A DNA stretch of 64,000 bases from Nitrospiraceae bacterium (GTDB lineage: Bacteria > Nitrospirota > Nitrospiria > Nitrospirales > Nitrospiraceae), in NCBI GenBank assembly GCA_009692155.1, contig SHZW01000009.1, forward strand, positions 12,272 to 76,271, in the 5' to 3' direction. Position numbers and translations under genes: made by a program. Each line of letters begins with the position of its first letter. Positions within the stretch are counted from its first letter, which is position 1. The notes beneath the pieces were generated by a model. The model had not been told where the DNA came from. It did not search any database and saw only the letters and a program-made list of their open reading frames with translations. This document shows, piece after piece, positions 38,867 to 47,211 of the stretch.

Positions 38867-39928
38867 ATGAACAAATTGACAATGACAAAATTTATCGGCG
38901 GCGTGTTCCTGTTGGTTGCTGTTATCCTGGTAGCCTGCCAGGCGCCGTCTGATGATCCGATGCGGAGAAAGACGCTCTACTACTTCACCTGGTCCGATTA
39001 CGTCGGGCCGGAGCTGTTGGAGCCCTTCGAACGGCAGACCGGCACGAAAGTCGTCGTCGATACGTTCAGCAGCAACGAGGAATTGCTGGCCAAGCTGCAG
39101 AGCGGCGCATCCGGTTATGACGTCACGGTGCCGTCGGATTTCATGGTGTCGGTCATGATGAAGCAGGGATTGCTGGCGGAGTTGGATCCGGCCCGGATTC
39201 CCAATGCGCGGCGCCTGGCCGTCGGACTTGAAAATCTTCCCGTCGATCCTGAACACCGGTTTTCGGTGCCGTATCTGTGGGGCACGGTCGGCATCGGCTA
39301 TGACTCGAACGTGATCCCGACGCCGCCGGACAGCTGGGCCGTGCTCTGGGACGAGCGGTACAAAGGCAAGATCAGCATGCTCAATGATCAGCGGGAAGTC
39401 TTCGGGGCGGTGCTGCGCTCGATGGGGCATTCCATGAATACGCGGGAGCCGGCGATCATCGAAGCGGCCAAGGCCAAATTGCTGCAACAGAAGCCGCTCG
39501 TCAGGACCTATACCAGCGACCATTTCGATCAGATGCTGGCATCCGGCGAAGTCGTCCTGGCGCATGGCTGGGGCGGTCCGGTTGCCCGGGCGATGGCGTT
39601 GAAGCCCTCCATCAAATATGTGGTGCCGAAAGAGGGCGCCACCATTTGGGCGGACTGTCTGGTGGTGCCAAAAACCTCCCGCAACAAAGAACTGGCTATG
39701 CAGTTCATCAACTATTTGCTGGATCGCGAGGTGGCGGCCCGCACGAGCGAACGGCTGATGTTTGCGTCGGCGAACCCGGAGGCGAAGGCCCTGGTGAAAC
39801 CTGCGGTGCGTGACAACCCCGCTGTCTATCCGGACGAGACCGCGCTCGGACATCTTGAATGGATGATGGATGTCGGCGAGACGCTCCGATTGTATGACCG
39901 GGCCTGGACCGAACTGAAGATGAAATAG
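38867..39928 (+). CDS. potD: polyamine-binding periplasmic lipoprotein
   Basis: MNKLTMTKFIGGVFLLVAVILVAC lipobox. PotD/PotF-like body (YYFTWSDYV...VPYLWGTVGIGYD). Confidence 0.85.
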   Translation: MNKLTMTKFIGGVFLLVAVILVACQAPSDDPMRRKTLYYFTWSDYVGPELLEPFERQTGTKVVVDTFSSNEELLAKLQSGASGYDVTVPSDFMVSVMMKQGLLAELDPARIPNARRLAVGLENLPVDPEHRFSVPYLWGTVGIGYDSNVIPTPPDSWAVLWDERYKGKISMLNDQREVFGAVLRSMGHSMNTREPAIIEAAKAKLLQQKPLVRTYTSDHFDQMLASGEVVLAHGWGGPVARAMALKPSIKYVVPKEGATIWADCLVVPKTSRNKELAMQFINYLLDREVAARTSERLMFASANPEAKALVKPAVRDNPAVYPDETALGHLEWMMDVGETLRLYDRAWTELKMK

Positions 39929-39964
39929 TGGCAAAAGCCGGTAGTCGAGCCAAATGCATAAGTA

Positions 39965-39993
39965 TTTCCAAAGACCGGGAAAGACGATATAAT
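39965..39993 (+). promoter_or_regulatory. candidate sigma70-type promoter for czcCBA
   Basis: TTTCCA (39965-39970), 17 nt spacer, consensus TATAAT (39988-39993). It lies about 25 nt upstream of ATG 40018. Confidence 0.4.
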
Positions 39994-40017
39994 GCAAGAA
40001 GTTAGAAAGACGAACGA

Positions 40018-41340
40018 ATGCGCGCGAAGTTGTCCATACACATGCTGATGGTGAGTGTGGCGGTGACGGCCGGTCTCTGGGGGGCCGGGCTCTCCTGGTC
40101 GGCGACGACCGACGAGAAGGCGAGCATGGCGCAGAAGCCGTCGCCCTCCGCGCTGCGCCTCAGCCAGGACGAGGCCGTCGCGCTGTTTCTCCGCCAGAAC
40201 TTCGACCTGTTGATCTCCAGATTCGGCATCGAGTACGCCAAGGGGCAGCAGATCACGGCGCGGCTGTTCCCCAACCCAGTGTTGTCGGTCGGCACCCAGA
40301 GCTCGTTCACGCAAGTCTGCCAAGGGAGTGTGAGCAAATGCGGCCAGGTCTTCCCGCAGATTCAGCAACTCTTCGAGATGGCCGGCAAGCGCGGCTATCG
40401 CATGGAGAGTGCCAGTTTCGGGGCCCGGTCGGCCGAAGCGAATTTCGAAGATGCGATTCGTCAGCTAAGTTTTACAGTGAAGGATGCCTACTACCGGGTC
40501 CAGCTGGCTCAACGCCGGCTGGCGCTGGCGGAGGAAAACCGGGACCGGTTTTCCCGCATTCTGGAAGTCAACACGATCCGGTTCAAGAAGGGCTACATCG
40601 CCGAGGTGGACCTGATTCGCATCCGCCTGCAGGTCGTGGATTTCCAGTCGCAGATCATCCAGGCGATCCAGGATGGCAATCAAGCCCGGGCGGATCTCCG
40701 CGTGCTGCTGGGTCTCTCTCCGAGTGTAGACGTGATGCTCACGACGCAACTGGACTATCATCTGGTTGAGCCGGACATCGTCGCGCTGCGCCGGCTGGCC
40801 CTCGAGACGCGGCCGGATATCCGGATGAAGCGGTTGATGCAGTCGCAGCGCATGGCCGATCTCCGTCTGGCGAAGGCGTATCGGATTCCGGACATCACGG
40901 CCGGAGCCGGTTACGCGGTGCAGGGGCCGCAAGGTCCCGATAACCAACAACAGGTGGCACTCAGCCTTGGGATTCCGCTCCCGCTGTTTAATCGGAATCA
41001 GGGCGGCATTGCGCAGGCGGAAGTGTCCACTCAGGTGGCGGATGCCGATCTCCAAAAGGCCATCGTGCAAGTTGAAAACGACGTTGAAATAGCCTACCGG
41101 AACATGCTGGAAAGCCGCCGCCTGGTGGAGACCTATCGAGGCGGAGTTCTGGAAGATGCGCGACTGACCCTGACGATCGTCGAGAAGGCCTACGAGCGCG
41201 GCGGGGCCACGATTCTCGACTTGCTCGACGCGGGCCGAACCTCAAGGACCATTCAACAGAATTACATCGAGACGCTTTTCAACTACCAACGCAACTTGTT
41301 TTTGCTCGAAAATGCCGTCGGCCGGGAGATTTCTTCGTGA
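40018..41340 (+). CDS. czcC: TolC-family outer-membrane efflux protein (CzcC-like)
   Basis: 440 aa with a signal peptide and two OEP repeats. It is the first gene of a three-gene RND operon. Confidence 0.8.
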   Translation: MRAKLSIHMLMVSVAVTAGLWGAGLSWSATTDEKASMAQKPSPSALRLSQDEAVALFLRQNFDLLISRFGIEYAKGQQITARLFPNPVLSVGTQSSFTQVCQGSVSKCGQVFPQIQQLFEMAGKRGYRMESASFGARSAEANFEDAIRQLSFTVKDAYYRVQLAQRRLALAEENRDRFSRILEVNTIRFKKGYIAEVDLIRIRLQVVDFQSQIIQAIQDGNQARADLRVLLGLSPSVDVMLTTQLDYHLVEPDIVALRRLALETRPDIRMKRLMQSQRMADLRLAKAYRIPDITAGAGYAVQGPQGPDNQQQVALSLGIPLPLFNRNQGGIAQAEVSTQVADADLQKAIVQVENDVEIAYRNMLESRRLVETYRGGVLEDARLTLTIVEKAYERGGATILDLLDAGRTSRTIQQNYIETLFNYQRNLFLLENAVGREISS

Positions 41341-42563
41341 GGAAGGTTCAGGTTGAGGCTCAGGTTGAGGGTACGCACACACTCGTGGAGGTGTGGTCTC
41401 TGCTGACCTCGGCTTCAGGTTTAACCTTAGCCTTAGCCTTAGCCTTCCCGGGGCTCTCCGCCTGCGACCGGACCGAACAGCCTGCCTCGTCGAATGCCGC
41501 GACACCGAAGGTGCAATCTGCGCCATCCGTGCCGACAGATCTTCAAAGCCGGGTCGACACGATGGTGGTCGAGTATAGCTCGGTCAAGGTGGCCCTGCAG
41601 CTGGCCGGGCGGATCATCTATGGCGAAGACCGGTTTTCTAAAATCTCGTCGCCTCTGCAAGGCCGTGTGGTCGAAGTGCGTGCCAAGCTCGGCGACCATG
41701 TGAAGGCCGGAGACATCCTGCTCGTCATCGACAGTCCGGACATCTCCGCAGCCTATTCTGAATTTGTCAAAGAGGCGTCCGAGATGGAATACGCGACGCG
41801 TGCCTATGAATTGGCCAAGGATCTCTACGAAAACAAGGCTCTTCCGCAGAAGGATCTCAAGCAGGCCGAGAACGATCTCATCAAGGCCAGGGCGGAGTTC
41901 CGTCGCGCCAAGGAGCGGCTGCTGTCGCTGCGCGTGCCGGCGGGCGAGTTGGACAAGCCGCTGGCCGATCAGAAGATCACGTCCCGATTCGACATGAAGA
42001 GCCAGCTGGCCGGCACGGTGGTGGAGCGGAACGTGACACCAGGGCAGTCTGTGAACGGCGACCCCACCCAGGTGCTCTTCATCGTGGCTGATCTGGACAA
42101 GTTGCAGGTCGCGGCGGATCTCTACGAGCGGGATTTGGATCTGGTCAAGGTCGGGCAGGTGGCGGCTGTCACCGTGGAAGCCTATCAAGGCGTATCGTTC
42201 CCCGCAGTCCTCTCTGCCATCGGTGATGTGGTGGATCCCACCACGCGCACCATCAAGGTCAGGGCCATGGTGGACAATGAGACGCATAAACTGAAGCCGG
42301 AAATGTTTGCCCGCTTGAACATTGACGTTGGCGATACCACCCAGTTCATCGCCGTTCCACGTGAAGCCGTGCTGGAAGTAGACGGGAAAGAGTTTGTCTA
42401 TGTGGCGCAAGTCGGCAACCAGTATGTCAAACGGCCTGTCAAAACGGCGACTGCGTCGAACGATCAGGTGCGCATTCTTGAAGGGCTGGTGCCCGGCGAG
42501 CGGGTCGTGACGAAAGGCGCGGTCCTCATCAAAGGGCAGGAAACCAAGGCGCCAGGCGCATGA
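41337..42563 (+). CDS. czcB: RND efflux periplasmic adaptor (CzcB/HlyD-like)
   Basis: The GTG overlaps the czcC stop (GTGA). Lipobox GLSAC is followed by barrel-sandwich hybrid and beta-barrel regions. The N-terminal ~35 codons lie inside repeat element 41341..41448, so the true start is uncertain (an alternative GTG lies near 41385). Confidence 0.8.
   Translation: MRKVQVEAQVEGTHTLVEVWSLLTSASGLTLALALAFPGLSACDRTEQPASSNAATPKVQSAPSVPTDLQSRVDTMVVEYSSVKVALQLAGRIIYGEDRFSKISSPLQGRVVEVRAKLGDHVKAGDILLVIDSPDISAAYSEFVKEASEMEYATRAYELAKDLYENKALPQKDLKQAENDLIKARAEFRRAKERLLSLRVPAGELDKPLADQKITSRFDMKSQLAGTVVERNVTPGQSVNGDPTQVLFIVADLDKLQVAADLYERDLDLVKVGQVAAVTVEAYQGVSFPAVLSAIGDVVDPTTRTIKVRAMVDNETHKLKPEMFARLNIDVGDTTQFIAVPREAVLEVDGKEFVYVAQVGNQYVKRPVKTATASNDQVRILEGLVPGERVVTKGAVLIKGQETKAPGA
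41341..41448. repeat. AGGTTG/AGGCTT-hexamer hairpin element (copy 1)
   Basis: Left arm ggaaggttcaggttgaggctcaggttgaggg. Right arm ttaaccttagccttagccttagccttcc. It starts 1 nt after the czcC stop and overlaps the czcB 5' end. Confidence 0.85.
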
Positions 42564-42606
42564 TCGTCGCGCAGCCTCCTTACCAGTCAGCCGTTCCTCT
42601 CCTCGC

Positions 42607-45600
42607 ATGATTCCACGGATTGTTGAATTTGCGCTCGAGCAGCGGTTCTTCGTGTGCGTGCTCGGGTTGATGCTGCTGTTCGGCGGCCTCTACTCCTTTC
42701 ACACACTTGACGTTATTGCCTACCCCGACCCGTCGCCCCCGATGATCGAGGTGATCACCCAGTACCCCGGGTGGTCGGCGGAGGAAATTGAAAGGCAAAT
42801 TTCCATTCCGATCGAGGTGACGCTCACCGGCATGCCCGGGCTGACCGATATCCGTTCGCTCTCTATTTTTGGTCTCAGCGACATCAAGTTCTATTTTGAC
42901 TTCAGCACCAAGTATTTTTTCGACCGCCAGGAGGTGCTGAACCGGCTGGCGATGATCAAGCTGCCGAATAGCGTTCAGCCGGCGCTGTCCCCCTGGTGGG
43001 CGATCGCGGAGATCTATCGCTACGAGCTGACGGGCGACCCGGGCGCGACGCTCACGGATTTGAAAACGCTCCAGGACTGGAAACTGCAGCGCGAATTCAA
43101 GCGCGTGCCGGGCGTCATCGACGTGACGGCGTTCGGAGGCACCACGAAGGAATATCACGTCGAGGTCGATCCCGGCGCCTTGATCAGTTACGGCGTGTCG
43201 CTGCAGCAGGTTCAGGACGCGCTCACGAACAGCAATGCCAATGTCGGCGGCAATTATCTCACGATCGGGTCGCAGAGCCACAACGTCCGTGGCCTGGGGT
43301 TGATCGAGAATCTCCGCGACATTGAAAATATCATGGTCGCGGAGAAAAACGGGACGCCGGTGTTTATCCGGAGTCTCGGCAAGGTCAATGTCGGCTCCCG
43401 TATCCGGTTGGGTAAGGTCGGCATCGACGACAGGGACGACGTGGTCGAAGGCGTCGTGCTGTTGCAGCGGGGGTACAAGGCGCTGCCGGTGCTGGATCGA
43501 GTGCGGCAGAAGGTCGAGGAACTGAATGCCTGGAAGCTGCCGGAAGGCGTCAAGGTCAAGACCTTCTATGACCGGACGGTCCTCATCTACACCACCATTG
43601 AGACAGTGCTGGACATTTTGATCAGCGGCATCGTGCTGGTCTTCATCATCCTGTACGTGTTTCTCGGGCATTTCCGGGCGTCCGTCATCGTCGCGTTGAC
43701 GGTGCCGATGGCCCTGTTGCTCACCTTCAGCATGATGGTGCTGGTCGGGGAGTCGGCGAACCTGATCTCGCTGGGCGCGGTCGATTTCGGTATCATCGTG
43801 GACTCCACGCTGATCATGGTGGAAAGCATCTTCTATCACTTGGCCAGCCGGAAAGGGCCCGGGCTGACGGTGCCGCAGCACATCATGCGCGCGGCGCGCG
43901 AAGTGGGGCGGCCGATTTTCTTTGCCACTACGATTATCGTCGTGGCATTCATCCCACTCTTTACGATGACCGGCGTGCCGGGAAAGATTTTCGCCCCGAT
44001 GTCGGTGACCTACGGTTTCGCGCTCACGGGCGCGTTGCTGATGGCTTTTACCCTGGCACCGGCGCTCTGTTCGCTGCTGTTGACCGGCGCGGTACGGGAA
44101 AAAGACACCTGGGTCGTGTCCGGCTTGCGCAAGACCTATTTGAAGGTGCTGAAATGGGCATTGACGCATGACGTGCTCGTGGTCGGGATGGCCGTGGGAT
44201 TGTTTGTTGCGATGCTGGCGGTGACACCGTTCCTGGGCGGCGAGTTCATGCCGGCGCTGGAAGAGGGTAATCTCTGGGTCCGCGCGACGATGCCGGTGGA
44301 TATTTCGTTCGAGCAGGCGGATCGTCTGGCCGGGGAAATCCGCGGTATTTTCCGGCAGTATCCGGAGGTGACGCACGCCGTGTCCCAACTCGGTCGGCCT
44401 GACGATGGCACGGATCCCACCAGCTTTTTCAACGCGGAATTTTTGGTGAATCTGAAGCCGAAGAAGGAATGGCGGGAGGATATCAAGACCAAACACCAGT
44501 TGATCGAGGAGATTGAAGAGCGCCTGGCCAAGATTCCAGGCGTCATGTTCAATTTTTCGCAGGTCATCCAGGACAACGTGCAGGAGGCGATGTCGGGCGT
44601 CAAAGGTGAAAATTCAGTCAAGCTGTTCGGCTCAGATTTGAAAGTGCTGGAACAGAAAGCGGTCGAGATCGAGGCGGTGATGAAACAGGTTCAGGGCGTG
44701 AAAGACCTGGGTATTTTCCGTCTCATCGGCCAGCCGAATCTATTGATCCGGGTGGATCGCGACGCCTGCGCACGCTACGGGCTGCTCGTCGGAGACGTGA
44801 ACGCGGTCGTGCAGGCGGCGATCGGCGGGCAGGCCGTGACGCAGGTCTTCGAAGGCGAACGGCGATTTGATCTGGTCGTGCGATTTCTTCCGGAGTTCCG
44901 GCGCGATGTGGAGACGATCGGCAACATCCAGGTCAACACGCCGGACGGCGCCCGGATTCCCATCAAGCAGTTGGCGAATATTTCGACGCAAACCGGCGCG
45001 TTCATCATTTATCGTGAAAATAACGAGCGGTATATCCCGATCAAATTCAGCGTGCGCGGGCGGGACCTCGAGAGCACGGTGCGGGAGGTGCAGGCGCGTC
45101 TCGCCAGGGAGGTCAAACTGCCGGAACGGTATCGCATGGAATGGCATGGGGAGTTCAATCAACTGCAGGAGGAGAAAAAACGTCTGGCCCAGATCGTGCC
45201 GCTCAGCCTGTTGTTCGTGCTGTTTCTTGTCTATATCGCGGTGAAGTCGTTCCGCGATGCGGTGCTGGTGCTGGCCACCGTGCCCTTCGCGTTGATCGGC
45301 GGTGTCTTCTCGCTGTTGCTGACGCACACGGAGTTCAGCATTTCGGCGGCAGTGGGATTCATCTCGCTCTTTGGCGTGGCGATTCAGGGCGGGCTCATTT
45401 TGATCGTGCGCATTCAGGATCTGGTCGAAGAGGGCCATGATTTGAAAGAGGCGATCCTGACGAGCGCCGAAACGCGGATGCGGCCGGTGCTCATGACGAC
45501 GCTGGCCGCCGCGATCGGGCTGTTGCCCGCGGCCGTGGCGACGGGAATCGGTGCGCAGTCCCAGCAGCCGTTGGCCCGCGTCGTCGTCGGCGGCATGCTC

Positions 45601-45693
45601 ACGTCCGCTGTGCTGATCCTGCTCGTGTTGCCGGTCCTTTATCAGCTGGTCCATCGTGCCGAAGTACAAAAACGGATGCAGGAGGAGGCGTAA
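42607..45693 (+). CDS. czcA: heavy-metal-efflux (HME) RND inner-membrane pump, CzcA/CusA family
   Basis: 1028 aa with 12-TM RND topology. The TM4 motif VDFGIIVDSTLIMVES resembles the HME signature DFGxxxDGAxxxVEN. Confidence 0.9.
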   Translation: MIPRIVEFALEQRFFVCVLGLMLLFGGLYSFHTLDVIAYPDPSPPMIEVITQYPGWSAEEIERQISIPIEVTLTGMPGLTDIRSLSIFGLSDIKFYFDFSTKYFFDRQEVLNRLAMIKLPNSVQPALSPWWAIAEIYRYELTGDPGATLTDLKTLQDWKLQREFKRVPGVIDVTAFGGTTKEYHVEVDPGALISYGVSLQQVQDALTNSNANVGGNYLTIGSQSHNVRGLGLIENLRDIENIMVAEKNGTPVFIRSLGKVNVGSRIRLGKVGIDDRDDVVEGVVLLQRGYKALPVLDRVRQKVEELNAWKLPEGVKVKTFYDRTVLIYTTIETVLDILISGIVLVFIILYVFLGHFRASVIVALTVPMALLLTFSMMVLVGESANLISLGAVDFGIIVDSTLIMVESIFYHLASRKGPGLTVPQHIMRAAREVGRPIFFATTIIVVAFIPLFTMTGVPGKIFAPMSVTYGFALTGALLMAFTLAPALCSLLLTGAVREKDTWVVSGLRKTYLKVLKWALTHDVLVVGMAVGLFVAMLAVTPFLGGEFMPALEEGNLWVRATMPVDISFEQADRLAGEIRGIFRQYPEVTHAVSQLGRPDDGTDPTSFFNAEFLVNLKPKKEWREDIKTKHQLIEEIEERLAKIPGVMFNFSQVIQDNVQEAMSGVKGENSVKLFGSDLKVLEQKAVEIEAVMKQVQGVKDLGIFRLIGQPNLLIRVDRDACARYGLLVGDVNAVVQAAIGGQAVTQVFEGERRFDLVVRFLPEFRRDVETIGNIQVNTPDGARIPIKQLANISTQTGAFIIYRENNERYIPIKFSVRGRDLESTVREVQARLAREVKLPERYRMEWHGEFNQLQEEKKRLAQIVPLSLLFVLFLVYIAVKSFRDAVLVLATVPFALIGGVFSLLLTHTEFSISAAVGFISLFGVAIQGGLILIVRIQDLVEEGHDLKEAILTSAETRMRPVLMTTLAAAIGLLPAAVATGIGAQSQQPLARVVVGGMLTSAVLILLVLPVLYQLVHRAEVQKRMQEEA

Positions 45694-46536
45694 ATGCGTA
45701 GGCAAGGCCTTTCACGCGTGATGGTCCTGGCAGTCTGGTGCGTAGCCGGCGGCCTGTCCGTCTGTCTTGCCGTACCGTCTGTTGAGGCACGCGGTGAGGC
45801 CTCTGTCCTACCGGTTCAAGCTCCCGACAGCGGGCAGATTCCCTATGGGTACGAGATGCCGCCTCCTTCGCAGGAGGCGCCGGACACTTCCATTCCGCCA
45901 TTGAACAAGCCGCTCGGGCCGGAGGAACTCAAGCGGGCAGAAGCGCTGCTGCCAATGCTGGAAGGCAAGCAGGAATTGTGGGCCATGGGAGAGTTCGTCC
46001 ACCTGGGCAAGCCGGCCGTGCCGGTGTTGACCAAGGCGTTGACGATGTCTAGCCCCAGGATCCGGTACAATGCGATCGAGACGCTGCTGATAATCAAGGA
46101 TCCGAGTGCCGTCCCGGCGTTGATTTCCGTGGCGAAAGATCCTCAAGAGATGCCGCGTATCCGCGAGCACGCTCTACGGGTGGCCGTCCGGCTGGATCCG
46201 GCGCTGACGCCGCCTGCGATCGAGGCCATGGCGAAGGACCAGGAGCCGGCGATCCGAAAGGTCTCGGCATTCGAGGCGCGGTATGTGCGCCAGAAGGCCG
46301 TTGTGCCGGCGCTGATCGGTTTGATGGCGGACGAGGAGCGGTTTGTGGCGCTTACGGCCATCCAATCCCTCTGGATTCTGACCCGCCACGAGAGCGAGAT
46401 GCACGACTGGGATATCTCCACCCGGCAGGATCGGAAGGAGTGGTCCAAGGAGTGGATCGACTGGTGGGCGACAAACCGGGAGACGTTTCAATTGCCCGAA
46501 CCGCGTCAGCCCCGCAAGCCGCTGCCAAAGGACTGA
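45694..46536 (+). CDS. secreted HEAT-repeat protein
   Basis: Signal peptide, then repeated PAVPVLTKAL..RIRYNAIETL / PSAVPALISVA..RIREHAL / PPAIEAMA..AIRKVSA / VPALIGLM HEAT-like units. The ATG immediately follows the czcA TAA. Confidence 0.65.
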   Translation: MRRQGLSRVMVLAVWCVAGGLSVCLAVPSVEARGEASVLPVQAPDSGQIPYGYEMPPPSQEAPDTSIPPLNKPLGPEELKRAEALLPMLEGKQELWAMGEFVHLGKPAVPVLTKALTMSSPRIRYNAIETLLIIKDPSAVPALISVAKDPQEMPRIREHALRVAVRLDPALTPPAIEAMAKDQEPAIRKVSAFEARYVRQKAVVPALIGLMADEERFVALTAIQSLWILTRHESEMHDWDISTRQDRKEWSKEWIDWWATNRETFQLPEPRQPRKPLPKD

Positions 46537-46600
46537 GTGCTGAGTATAAAGTGCTGAGTCCTGAGCAAAGGAATCCGGGCTCAGCTCTCAGGACTCAGGA
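46533..46600. repeat. CTGAGTN-heptamer hairpin element
   Basis: Left arm ctgagtgctgagtataaagtgctgagtcctgagc. Right arm gctcagctctcaggactcagga. It starts at the stop codon of the HEAT-repeat gene. Confidence 0.85.
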
Positions 46601-46659
46601 TTTGTGCACAGCGCTGGCGTTGCGAGCCCGGCGAGGGCTGTGTTATAAAACGAACCGGA

Positions 46660-47190
46660 ATGGCGCTCTTACCCATCGCAAAACTCGGCAATCCGATGCT
46701 GCGGCAGATTGCCGCGCCGGTCAATCGGGACGACATCTCGAGTCCGTCGTTCCAGCAGTTTATCGACGACATGTTTCATACGATGGTCGAAACGCACGGG
46801 ATCGGATTGGCTGCACCACAGGTATCCCAGTCGCAGCAGGTCATCGTCATGGAGTGTGCTGGCGAGGAGGGGTTCCCGAAGACCGTCCTGATCAATCCTG
46901 AGATCGTGTTCTACGGTCCGCATCAGGTGGACAATTGGGAAGGCTGCCTCAGCGTGGACGGGCTTCGAGGCAAGGTGACCAGACCGTCCATGGTTCGCGT
47001 TCGCGGATTGGACCGCCATGGGAAACCGCTAGACATCGAAGCCACCGGTCTGTATGCCGTGTGCATTCAGCACGAGATGGATCACCTCATCGGCAAGGTG
47101 TTTTTGGATCGCATGACCGATATGTCCACGTTGGCCCAGTTGGATGAGTTTGAGCGCTTTTGGAAAGAAGAACATGCGGCTGTCATCTAG
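46660..47190 (+). CDS. def: peptide deformylase
   Basis: GIGLAAPQ, EGCLS and HEMDH motifs. Confidence 0.95.
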   Translation: MALLPIAKLGNPMLRQIAAPVNRDDISSPSFQQFIDDMFHTMVETHGIGLAAPQVSQSQQVIVMECAGEEGFPKTVLINPEIVFYGPHQVDNWEGCLSVDGLRGKVTRPSMVRVRGLDRHGKPLDIEATGLYAVCIQHEMDHLIGKVFLDRMTDMSTLAQLDEFERFWKEEHAAVI

Positions 47191-47211
47191 CAGGCCGCAT
47201 AGCACGCACCC

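Noticed and set aside
36232-39997. Long minus-strand ORFs 36232..37194, 37173..38009, 38125..38769 and 38852..39997
   Set aside because: All lie antisense to potA, potB, potC and potD, which carry Walker/EAA/lipobox features. The antisense products are low-complexity.
42580-44496. 638-aa minus-strand ORF (and the similar 44740..45705)
   Set aside because: It lies antisense to the czcA-type RND pump. The composition is extremely biased toward R/H/D/P/Q with no motifs. It is a shadow ORF.
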